Source of the DNA: Amoebophrya sp. A120
Taxonomy: Eukaryota > Protista > Dinoflagellata
Reading direction: 5' to 3'
Length of the DNA stretch: 64,000 bases
NCBI GenBank assembly: GCA_905178155.1
Contig: CAJINV010000001.1
Location: forward strand, 9,135,865-9,199,864
Shown here: piece after piece, positions 46,555-56,465 of the stretch
Layout of the letters: each line of letters begins with the position of its first letter
How positions within the stretch are numbered: the stretch's first letter is position 1
Notes under the pieces: model-generated
What the model saw: only the letters and a program-made list of their open reading frames with translations
The model's database searches: none
What the model was told of the DNA's origin: nothing
Translations under genes and position numbers: made by a program

Positions 46555-48924
46555 ATGATGTTTCGTTGCATAGTCGATCGTTACTGCTATTTTCCTTTGC
46601 TCCTGCTGCACCTGCACACTTCTGCCTCAGTTTATTCGTTGAGGCTACGGGCCGTAGCACTATCCTCCCATGTCGCAGAGGACCAACGTGGAGCAAGGAC
46701 GCGGAGCCGCGCCTCACAGCAGGAAAATCGGAGTGCGCCTGAAGATTCCCGCATCCTCATTTCCGACCAAAATAACGGGGACCTGGCAGGAGCTGACTCC
46801 CCTTCTATTGCAGCTGAGCTTTCTTCTGAAAGTACAACCATTGCTCCACCTGCCGAAGATATTGAAATCTGCAGCGTATGCTTGGGTTCGGACCCGCCCT
46901 TCGTCTTCGGGCCGTACGATTGTAAACATCGTTTTTGCCAAGAGTGTCGGCTTTCGCCCAATTTCCTTCAACCAGTCATGAAAAAATGCCCGGAGTGCAG
47001 AAAATGGCCGAAGAACATCAAGCTGGTCCGCGAGCGGATTCGGGAACTCAAGTCGGAAGCGTTTTGGAGAGCACAACGAACAAACCAAGGTGAAAGAGGA
47101 CCTGGACGCGCCAGACCCGCCCCGGATGGAGCTGCTTCGTCGTGTCGCCGCACTGGCCTCGTGAAGGCTAGTCTGAACCTGCTGCGCGAATTCCTCGGAC
47201 TGGTGCCTCGAATCTCAGAGCCGTCTTCTTTCTCTTTGCCCAACAACCCGGGAATTATAGCAAGCGGTGCTGCTGCTCCGACCGTAATCGGTCGATCGGC
47301 ACTGGCTGGGGGAGGTGGTACAGAGAATGATACAGACGACGGACGGAGTCATGACGCAGTTTCTCCAGCAAATGGACAAACTGGTCGAAGCCGTTCAGCA
47401 GGACAAGAAAGTAGAGCAGTTGAAGGGGCACCACCAGCGCCAAGTTCTAGTTCCACCCAGGGTCAAGAAACTGTTGTAGATGTGGACGACCTCGTCTGCA
47501 GCTTTGTGCGACAGCAAAGTGGTGCGACGGGACGAGCGAATGACGAAAACGAGTCAGCAGGAGGTTCGAACACTCAGCAACTTGTGACGAGTGGCTTAGA
47601 TTTGGACCAAGAAGATGATTCAGTTGTTGACCACGGAGAACTAGAAGGAGAGCCTTTTGCAAGAAATCGCGACGCCGATATTATCACACCGGTGCGGACC
47701 ACTGAAGACAAAGAGAAAACTTCTGATCAGCCGCCACAATTCAGCAAGCGCGCTGCGCAGAGCGCCGCTGAGTTTGCGGAGCTTATGCTGCAGTACGTCG
47801 TGCCGCGACTATGGGTCGCGGAGTCGCATGAACGCAACCCACACTGGGCTCTTTTCGTGAACTGCTTCCTGCACCCGCAGGGCCCGGGCGCTTGGAAGGC
47901 GTTGAATGATGCAGTGGACAACAACACGACGTCGTGGACCGAAGGGTCGGGAACGAACACTGAAGGTAAGAGCAATGACGAAGCGGAAGCGGCCAGGCTC
48001 CGTGCGGCCGTGGACGAACTGGTGGTACACTTCGCGGGGCTGCGACTGTGCTTGCCCAGCGACTACGGTGGAGCGGGCATGACCTCGACCGCGGCAGGCT
48101 CAAGCGTGCTAGTGGAGCGGCCGGGGGTTCTGGTTAGACGGGAACATGATGGCGTCCGTCGGGAAGGAAAAAGGCCGTTCGTTGTTTGTGGTGACGAGTA
48201 CGAATACGGCTGCTGCGTTGTGGATTTCGACGAGATGCGGTGCCACCTACTGGCCCGGGAAAAACTGAAGCGAAGGAAAGGCTGTATAAGGGATCAAACA
48301 AGTAGATCCGAGGATGAAAATTTTGGCACGGAAGCCGCAGATTTTGACCTGTTGGAAGAGGATGAATTTTTGAGCGCATCCATTCTTGATCCAGGGGAAG
48401 GCCACCGGAGAAATAGTCCATTCCGTTTCCACACGCTGCTTTGCTGCAGGCGATGCCGCAAGAATCGAGAACACCCACGAGCTCCGACTCCGATGGCGAA
48501 GCTGCGCCGTGCGTTAGAGCATTTCGTCGCCTTGAAGTGGTTTGCATTCCTGCGAAGCCGAGAACTTCACGACTCGAGCGGCAGCGCGGCCGGTGTGCAA
48601 AGTGACGAAGAAGTAGATCTGCAAATTGCAACGCACACCAAGGTGATAACGGATATCGCGGGTCGCATACTGACGGGCCACGCGATGCCGCGTTCGATTG
48701 TGGGAGCGTGTATGGCTTTTTCCATGCTCTGTGGCGTCGTCGGGTTTACGGAAGTCTGGGCAGAGGGGAACAACAGCTCTGGACTGGTTTTGGTAGGCGG
48801 GGGTGGCTGTCTCTTGAGTGCCTGTGTCATGGAGTACCGTTATCGCACCAACAGGGTTCATCTTGTGGCCAATGTAGTTTTTGACGCACAGCTCAGGGGA
48901 AGAAACAAAGTATTTCCTTCGTGA
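46555..48924 (+). CDS. Signal-peptide RING-finger protein with C-terminal TM hairpin, paralog 2
   Basis: CSVC…GPYDCKHRFCQEC…CPEC; HERNPHWALFVNCFLHP; FAGLRLCLP. Confidence 0.8.
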   Translation: MMFRCIVDRYCYFPLLLLHLHTSASVYSLRLRAVALSSHVAEDQRGARTRSRASQQENRSAPEDSRILISDQNNGDLAGADSPSIAAELSSESTTIAPPAEDIEICSVCLGSDPPFVFGPYDCKHRFCQECRLSPNFLQPVMKKCPECRKWPKNIKLVRERIRELKSEAFWRAQRTNQGERGPGRARPAPDGAASSCRRTGLVKASLNLLREFLGLVPRISEPSSFSLPNNPGIIASGAAAPTVIGRSALAGGGGTENDTDDGRSHDAVSPANGQTGRSRSAGQESRAVEGAPPAPSSSSTQGQETVVDVDDLVCSFVRQQSGATGRANDENESAGGSNTQQLVTSGLDLDQEDDSVVDHGELEGEPFARNRDADIITPVRTTEDKEKTSDQPPQFSKRAAQSAAEFAELMLQYVVPRLWVAESHERNPHWALFVNCFLHPQGPGAWKALNDAVDNNTTSWTEGSGTNTEGKSNDEAEAARLRAAVDELVVHFAGLRLCLPSDYGGAGMTSTAAGSSVLVERPGVLVRREHDGVRREGKRPFVVCGDEYEYGCCVVDFDEMRCHLLAREKLKRRKGCIRDQTSRSEDENFGTEAADFDLLEEDEFLSASILDPGEGHRRNSPFRFHTLLCCRRCRKNREHPRAPTPMAKLRRALEHFVALKWFAFLRSRELHDSSGSAAGVQSDEEVDLQIATHTKVITDIAGRILTGHAMPRSIVGACMAFSMLCGVVGFTEVWAEGNNSSGLVLVGGGGCLLSACVMEYRYRTNRVHLVANVVFDAQLRGRNKVFPS

Positions 48925-49634
48925 TCAACGGTTATCGAGTTTTTGCAATTATATTTGTAGACTAGAAATTCTATTACCCGAGTCTCCTGCGTTTTCCGTA
49001 AAGCGAAATGAGCAGGACCTCAATGCGAAGATTGATGAGTGGGATCTTTTATTTCAAAATCACGCTCTGCATATGCTGTCACAAGAAATTTTTTGGACAA
49101 TTCTGAGAATATTACACGTTTCTTTTGGAAAGGACTGGGAAATGAACTTTCATTTCAGTTTAGTCTGGCGCTACGCAAAGGATCTTGCATTCCTACCAGC
49201 AAGCTGGTTCTGACCAATTGTGATCATACATACGTCCACAAAAAGAAGCTGTTCAAACGGTGCCTAGTGTTAAATGCGGAGTTTTGGATTAGCGCTTTTT
49301 CGCCATCAAGACTAGATCTAGATCTAGTTTCTGCTCGCCAGCCTCAGATGCATGATTTCGTGGTCTTTTCTTTCAACGACGATCAGGGTGAACGAAGTTA
49401 TGCAACATTTTTTGTTGCTAAGGAGTTTTTGGTATCTTTTAAGAGGCATAAAACCTTTTGTTTCTCTAGTCTGCGAAAATTAGGACCGACAACCTGCACT
49501 GCAATAGAGCTACTTGAACTGACTCGGCACTAGGCCTTTGTGTGTTTGTTTGTAAAAGTAGGCTTGCTGTGGCACATGTTCTCTAGTGCCGTTTCGAAAT
49601 TAACCAAACAAACATACTTGCCTTTGTCCACCTG

Positions 49635-52352
49635 ATGCGAACAATCGCGATGGCAGCCGGCGATTGCACTTTCACGATGTCCGCTCGACCACTTGGCAGA
49701 ATATTCAACACCATGCTGCTGCTCACTTTTACTTTTCTCTGCTCCCAAGAAGCCTTGACCGCCGAGGGAGTCCGGATCCACGCAGCTTTCCGGGCGCGAG
49801 CAGAAAGTACCCGCCCCGTCCGTCCCGTTGTGCTTCCGGAGCAAGACCCCGCGGCCGCACAACTCCAAGTGCACGACGTGACCGAAGAGGAAGAGGAGCC
49901 GCACGCCAGCGAGGTGCTGCGGTTTCCAGACGACGCGGCGGAGGAGGCGACAGTAGATCCAGGTTCGTCGTCAACAGTGGCGGCTGTGGGCGAGGAGGAC
50001 CCTCCGCCTGCTTGCCAAAATGCCGACCTCTCCCGCAGGTTTTCGAAGGGCAGTTCCGGGGGCGATTCCATGGCGGTCGAGATGGATCCCGAGGAGGAGA
50101 CCTGCAGCGTCTGTCTCGGGACCGACCCGCCGTTCGTGTACGGGCCGTACGACTGCGACCACAAGTTTTGCCAGGATTGCCGCTTTTCCGAGCAGTTCCT
50201 GATGCCGGTGATGCGCCGTTGTCCGGAGTGCCGGGCGCTGCCCCTGAACGTGCGGCTGGTGCAGGAGCGCATTGACGAGCTGCGGTCCGATCGGTTCTGG
50301 AAGAAATTCAACGAAACCGAGCGGCAGAGGAACCAGACGCGGTTTTGTGGCAGTTTCCGGCACAAGAAGAATACCACGGCGGCAGGCTCTCCTGCTAGAA
50401 CTTCGGGGGGAAGGCGAACCTCCTCGGCTGGCCAGAGCAGAGACAATAAAACAGTTTTGTCTACTAGTATGGCTTCGTGGATGTGCCGCTTGGCGAGGGC
50501 AAGAAGTGCAGCATCATCATCTTCACCAGCAAGAAATAGTCATGCTGCGAGCAGCTACAGAACAGCAGCTAGTAGTAGTGCCTTCGTACAGCCCGGTCAG
50601 CCTGTCCGTCTCAGGCGAGAGAACAGTAAGGCGAGTAGCAGCGCCGCTAGCGGCGCGACTTCCTCTACCCGAGCAACCGTGATCGGAAGTCCCACAGGAC
50701 CGGTCACTTTGTCGGATGACACAGAGGAGAGCGATCAGATTGCTCACGGCAACGAAAGGAGCGGTGACGAAGAGAATCCAGATTTCACGTTTCCCGGGGA
50801 GCAACCAGTGGAAGAGCAAGATGATTTTTCGCGTCACAATCCAGAGTGCTGTCCCGACGCGAAAAGTGCGGCTCGTCTCGACGACGTGGGAGACGAGTCA
50901 GACGAGGAGACAGGTCGCGCCGGCGCGAAAGGCACTTTCTGTGGTTTCTGCGTACCGATGAATTCTTCCGGTTGTAGTCCCACCCAAGAAAAAGAATTAC
51001 CAAGAGCGGAATACAAAACGTCTGCGCTGTTGCAGGAGCCGCACTCACAGAAGGTGGTGAAAGAGGCTGCGGAATTTGCGCACGAGATGTTCAACCACAT
51101 CGCGTGTCCGCTTTTTTGGCACCCTGGGAAACACGAAAAAGATCCGAACTGGACTCTGTACTGTGCCTGCTTTCTGCATCCGAAAGCGCCGGCGGCACGG
51201 GGCGTTCAGAAGGTCTTGCGACAGAAAAAACCGGCAGATGAAGATGCGCAGAGCCGCAATACTAGTCCAAATAGGAACATCAAGCGACGCGGCAGTTGGA
51301 GAAAAGCGTTGTGCTGGGGATCTTCGGAGGTAAAGCAGAATAAAGGCGAACTAGATCGTGATTGTGAAGCAGAGAACGACTATGAAAGGATGAAGCAGGA
51401 ACAGGACAGCGCCATCGACGACTTGGTAGTCCAGCTGGCGGGTCTGCGGCTATGCCTCCCGAATAATGCCCATGGGCACGGGTTTGACAAGACCGTCACG
51501 ATCCGGCGCCCGGCCGCGTCCGCGTCCGACGGGAAAGCGCGGCGAAGCTTCGAAATCGTTCTCGACTCGCTGGAGCGAGGGGGCTGCGTTATCGATCACG
51601 AGGAGCGGCGCTGCCATTTCTTCTCCCGAGACACGGATACGACCGTAGGCCCGCCTAAACCCAGCAGAAACGTGCTCTGTCGCGGGTACCAAATCGCTTG
51701 CCCGCGTCCCTCTCTGACTCGGGTTCGGGAATCGGTAGTTGCTACAAACTTTTGCCGCTGCTGGTGCAGAAGACGAGCTGGAAATGCAGCCAGCAGGAGT
51801 GGTAACGCGCAGCCCAGAAGCAGCAGCAGTGAAACTACCGGTGATCACATTGACCAGGACGTGAAAAACCAATTACGACTCGCTCTGGAAGCATTTGTAG
51901 CTGCGGAGAAAAATGGTACTGCTAGTGGTAACGTTTGTAGTGCCGTCAGCAGTAGTCGTGAAGAACATAGTAGGACCTCCGCTACTGAGCAGCCGCTCCT
52001 GTCTGATCCGGAGAGGCAAGCGGTGGTTGGTGCAAGTACGCAAAGCAGACGTCCGATCGACGAGGAACTCCTGTCGAAGTTGCTCGGCAGTATCGTCTCG
52101 GACTATTTGTGCGCCGATCGCGTCCGCGCTGCGGCCGCCGTCACCTGCTTGGTCGGCTGCTCCCTGGGTGCGTTGTCGATGGCTGATAGCGGAAGCGCGG
52201 CACAGGCTCTGCTGCTCCTCCTCAGCCCAAGCGTCATGCTCACAGTCTGCAGTGTGGACAGCTGCTTTTTCCATCGCCAGCAGCGTCGCGTCGCCGATCT
52301 CGTGTTTGACAGTCTCCCGCAAAAAAAGGGCTGCGTCAACATTGACAAATGA
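49635..52352 (+). CDS. Signal-peptide RING-finger protein with C-terminal TM hairpin, paralog 3
   Basis: CSVC…GPYDCDHKFCQDC…CPEC; HEKDPNWTLYCACFLHP; LAGLRLCLP. Confidence 0.8.
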   Translation: MRTIAMAAGDCTFTMSARPLGRIFNTMLLLTFTFLCSQEALTAEGVRIHAAFRARAESTRPVRPVVLPEQDPAAAQLQVHDVTEEEEEPHASEVLRFPDDAAEEATVDPGSSSTVAAVGEEDPPPACQNADLSRRFSKGSSGGDSMAVEMDPEEETCSVCLGTDPPFVYGPYDCDHKFCQDCRFSEQFLMPVMRRCPECRALPLNVRLVQERIDELRSDRFWKKFNETERQRNQTRFCGSFRHKKNTTAAGSPARTSGGRRTSSAGQSRDNKTVLSTSMASWMCRLARARSAASSSSPARNSHAASSYRTAASSSAFVQPGQPVRLRRENSKASSSAASGATSSTRATVIGSPTGPVTLSDDTEESDQIAHGNERSGDEENPDFTFPGEQPVEEQDDFSRHNPECCPDAKSAARLDDVGDESDEETGRAGAKGTFCGFCVPMNSSGCSPTQEKELPRAEYKTSALLQEPHSQKVVKEAAEFAHEMFNHIACPLFWHPGKHEKDPNWTLYCACFLHPKAPAARGVQKVLRQKKPADEDAQSRNTSPNRNIKRRGSWRKALCWGSSEVKQNKGELDRDCEAENDYERMKQEQDSAIDDLVVQLAGLRLCLPNNAHGHGFDKTVTIRRPAASASDGKARRSFEIVLDSLERGGCVIDHEERRCHFFSRDTDTTVGPPKPSRNVLCRGYQIACPRPSLTRVRESVVATNFCRCWCRRRAGNAASRSGNAQPRSSSSETTGDHIDQDVKNQLRLALEAFVAAEKNGTASGNVCSAVSSSREEHSRTSATEQPLLSDPERQAVVGASTQSRRPIDEELLSKLLGSIVSDYLCADRVRAAAAVTCLVGCSLGALSMADSGSAAQALLLLLSPSVMLTVCSVDSCFFHRQQRRVADLVFDSLPQKKGCVNIDK

Positions 52353-53238
52353 TGGAAGTAGATCTGTCATGCAGCGCACATCGGAATTGCGGTTTGGTCA
52401 CTTCTTCAGAGTATCGAAAACATACAAGCTTTGGCTCTCTTCTGTTGTAGCACGTTTCAACATCTTTTACTATGTGTAGCAACCAGAAAATACTTTTCAA
52501 TATTATTCGCTAAAATGTTTGCAGCTTGCTGCAGTTTCGGATTAGATTGGTCTCAACTGCACCACAGAACGCAGGACGAAATGTGCCTACGCGGGAACAA
52601 GTTTGTGCCTGCAACTTTTGACTTTGGGCCTGATGTTGAGAATTAAGATACAGTAGAGAAAAATCACTGTCACAAATGAATGATTCTAAGAGTATATTGG
52701 ATAGCGATGTAAATGCTGATGCAGCAAGCTCAGCAATGCAGCAACGGTAGCACCATACGTCGTGCCGCACAAATTGATGATATTTGAGAAATTTGAATGC
52801 AGAATGAAAATAGCAAAGCAACTTTAAGGTTCGAAAAAGAAATTTCTCTAAGAAATAATGCAAATACGTACCTCCTGATGACTTTACCGAAGTAAGGAGA
52901 GCAAAGTTTTGATGTTCTTCATCGTGGGTTCGGAATCGCACACCTTCATTTCGCCGAGTGGCTTTGCTTAGTTCGTTCGTCGACAGTCGACAGATTGCAA
53001 GTGCTGATCACAGCAGAGTGGGAGAATTCTTCGCTAAGAGACGGTATAACTTGGTTCAGAGAGCAGCCCTGTCGTGCTACCGAAGTGCTGGGCATGTCAA
53101 AAAACGAAGGCGGAGCAAAAGTTAGGAGCCTTCTTCTTTAATAGTAGGTACAGAGAACATGAACATTTTGTTGCGCATCAGGGCACCAGAGTAGGAAAGC
53201 TAATTCGATTCTTTTTCGCGTCGTTCTAAAGAAGGCCA

Positions 53239-55422
53239 ATGTCTGCTGACGAGAAGCCGGCCGAGCAGGTCGTCTTGTCTGAGACGGAGGAAGAGGCCGC
53301 GCCGCAGTCCGCAATTGAACCGGATGAAAATGATCCAGATGAAAACACCTCCGCGCGGCCCGCTCCTGGTGAACCGCAGCCGGAGTCGGCCGGAAAGAAG
53401 TCCATCACTTCACCGCCGGTCATCTCGCGTGCCACTCCTTCTTTTCCGCCCGCAGGCCGGGGAAACGCGATCGCCGCGCTAGACGAAGAGTGTGCGAATC
53501 AGCACGTTCTCGTAGCCCCCGCGCACTTGTTGTTTTCCAATGCCAACAATCGCTGGAGCCCGTGGATGGCCTTCAAGCTGTGGGCTGTGACGTTTCTGTT
53601 CATTTTCTACCAGGGTTTCGCGAACGTAATCTGCGTGTGGCGATATGGATTTTTCAGTGGGCTGATGACGGGGAGCACCGTGAAACTGAGTATGGTGGTT
53701 GCCATCACCGGGGGCGAAATATTTAGCGCGCAGCGCGACGCCTTCGACTTGTGCAAAGGCCACAGCCCGAAGAAAGTGGCGTCTTCGTTCCTGCAGAATG
53801 ACAGCATGGACGGGGATGGCCATGGCGCTGCTGCGCCTGCTTCTTCCATAAGTGACAGCACGGATTGGACGACTACGAGCTCTTTTGGCACAGAAGAGCA
53901 GGATACGGCTTTTTCGTTTCTGAAAACGGGGGCGGAGGGCGAGCCAGGGGTGATCCTTACCGGCAAAAGCGACCTTGCAGAGGTCCTCACACAACGATCC
54001 GCATCTTCTTCACCATATCCTAGGCGACGATCTCTGCGGGGTGGTTTCGTTGCGCAAAGTAATAATTTATACGCGTCCAGTAGTTTCCTAGAACAGGGCG
54101 AGGGGCACCAGGGTGAAAGTATTTTAGAAGTAGACATTCAAGCCAGCGGAACGACCGCCGGAACGAAAGATGACGAAAAACAAGAGCCCGGAACAGGAGC
54201 AGAGGGAGCATCAGCGACAAGCCAAGGGCAGTCCGGCGTTGAAACCCCGGCAGAACGGCAGGTGACGGACAAGCAGAATTTACGTACTGGCCGCGCAGCA
54301 GCAGAAGAAGATGCCAGAAGCCCCCCTGCTGCTGTCATCGATTCCGACGGAAATACGTTTACCGAGGCGGAAATCGCCTGGCATTGCTCCCAGATGGAGA
54401 AAGCGCGGGGGCAGGCCCGGGGTGCCAAACCCTGGCAGATCATCATCGCAATGCTCTGTAACATCTTGGCTTGCGGCTTCACGGCAAAGTGGATTCAGTG
54501 GCACCCCTACGACGTCGGCTCCGCGGGGCACTACCAGGCGATGTCGAACGTGGGCCTGCAATTTGCGCTCATGGTGCTGGTGCTGGAGGTGTTGGGCACT
54601 TTCCACTTCCTGCACTTCCGAAACGTGCCGGACTACGGCGCCACATGGGATCCCGATACCGACGGCGGCCACTGGATCGGCGAGTCCACCAACGCGGTGA
54701 CGCACTGGGTGTGGAAGCACTGGCCCTTGCCCTCCGAGGTCCCGATCGGACTGTACTGCGTGGGTATATCCTCGGGCATTGCGGCGACGTTCACCCGGCT
54801 CGGGTGTCTGCAGCAGACCACGCACGCAGTCACCGGGGCACTGCAGAAGATGCCCGAAGTGTTCCTGAGAAGCGAATTGGCTGCCGCATGCAGTACCCGT
54901 TGCAAGCGCTCCTGCAGGCGGGGACCACGACCTGCCGACCAGGACGAAGTAGATTCGGCCAATAAAAAATCGCGACCAAGTGATATGGCGAAAACTACTG
55001 CCCGCGTGAGCCAGACGGCCCTGTTTCTTTCGGCGGACCAAGACGACCAATTGTCGCACCTGAAGCGGCACCTGTATCTCCGCGAAGGCACGGTGCTCAT
55101 GGTGCAGATGCTGGCGCTGCCGTGGGGGTTGGCCGCGGGGGTCTTCTCTGCTTCGGTGGCCAACCGCTGGATCCTCGGCGTCTATGCGAACTGGTGGTCC
55201 ATGTGGGGTTACCTCCTGCCGGGGCTGAGCGGCTTCCTGCTGTGTGACGCCTTGTTGGCGCACCACCAGAACGGCGATATCTTGACGCAGGAACAACTGG
55301 AAGAAGATTTTGCGGCCGTCAAGCGGGTGCTTGAGGAAGGAGGCCGCGAGGAGGAACTTACAGAACAGCAGCGGCGATTTCTTCGCAGCGTCAGGGAAAG
55401 GAAAAAATCACCGGAGTCGTGA
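53239..55422 (+). CDS. Uncharacterised multi-pass membrane protein (727 aa)
   Basis: Long intronless ORF with about 6-7 hydrophobic segments and a low-complexity loop containing repeated SFL(Q/K/E). Confidence 0.75.
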   Translation: MSADEKPAEQVVLSETEEEAAPQSAIEPDENDPDENTSARPAPGEPQPESAGKKSITSPPVISRATPSFPPAGRGNAIAALDEECANQHVLVAPAHLLFSNANNRWSPWMAFKLWAVTFLFIFYQGFANVICVWRYGFFSGLMTGSTVKLSMVVAITGGEIFSAQRDAFDLCKGHSPKKVASSFLQNDSMDGDGHGAAAPASSISDSTDWTTTSSFGTEEQDTAFSFLKTGAEGEPGVILTGKSDLAEVLTQRSASSSPYPRRRSLRGGFVAQSNNLYASSSFLEQGEGHQGESILEVDIQASGTTAGTKDDEKQEPGTGAEGASATSQGQSGVETPAERQVTDKQNLRTGRAAAEEDARSPPAAVIDSDGNTFTEAEIAWHCSQMEKARGQARGAKPWQIIIAMLCNILACGFTAKWIQWHPYDVGSAGHYQAMSNVGLQFALMVLVLEVLGTFHFLHFRNVPDYGATWDPDTDGGHWIGESTNAVTHWVWKHWPLPSEVPIGLYCVGISSGIAATFTRLGCLQQTTHAVTGALQKMPEVFLRSELAAACSTRCKRSCRRGPRPADQDEVDSANKKSRPSDMAKTTARVSQTALFLSADQDDQLSHLKRHLYLREGTVLMVQMLALPWGLAAGVFSASVANRWILGVYANWWSMWGYLLPGLSGFLLCDALLAHHQNGDILTQEQLEEDFAAVKRVLEEGGREEELTEQQRRFLRSVRERKKSPES

Positions 55423-56465
55423 GGCCAAGTAATGAGAATCTACCAGTTTCGCATTTCGACGAATGAATTTCGACCTCCAAAACGACCTGAAGTCCGGTAA
55501 AAGAATTTCAATAAATATGAAGTTTCTGCGTACCCAGAACGAACTGAAAAAGTTTCAACAACGTGATCTGGAAGCGCACAAGAAACCGTTGTGCGGCCCG
55601 CGTCCAGATTAGCGGCCTCTGGAGTAGAGGGGTCGATGTTACTGCACTTTGACAGATCATCCGTCTTCGAAATAAAGAGGTCATGTGCCTGTAGATGAGT
55701 AAGTAGGAAATTATCACAACTGATCCTGTCAAAAACTCCTGGTGCACGAACTCGAACATAAGTACGTTCGAGCGGATCTTCAAAGAGTAAGTATGTGTCG
55801 ATCTCAAAGAGCAGCCGGATCATAACTCCACAAATTTGCTCCTGGTCGTTCAGTACAAGCTTTCTCTCGGTCGTAGGTCTGAGACGGATACTGCCTCATG
55901 ATGCAGCCAATGAAAGTGATCCAGATGTAAATTTAATGAGATCCGCAAATTTCATTGGTGCGTCGGGCGAGTAGTTGCTCGGTGCGCAAGATGGTCACGC
56001 CACATGTCATTTGAAATGCGATCGAAAAATTAATTGGTGTTTTTTGACGTCCTCTCTTGAGCCCTTTCAAGTCAATCGAAGGTAAAAAACCGAAGCAGCG
56101 TCACACTTTGTCACGACGTCCCATACTCTGGGGGTTGAACGACTTATATATTCATCTTGGAAGTATTTGTATTGCTTTGACGATTTTTATAGGTATAGCC
56201 CTGTAGTACAAACTTCTTGCGACTAACAAAAGGAGCACGCGGATCCTCAGAGGCTATTTCTGGAGATCGAAAAAATATACATCGAGTATTTTCTGAACCA
56301 GTTCTCATTAGTGGCGGTTGGCGTCACGGTACTATTTGATCCTTGTATAATTTGAATACCCTCACTAGCAAAGTTCACTTGACATCAAGAGCTTGACCTG
56401 ATTTATCACCACTCAGCTAGTATTAATTTTCTAAAAAAAGTCGTTGAGGCACGCTGCAGTTGAAA

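Noticed and set aside
55440-55823. 127-aa minus-strand ORF in the plus-strand block
   Set aside because: No recognisable domain or splice context and opposite to cluster orientation. Cannot exclude a decayed gene.
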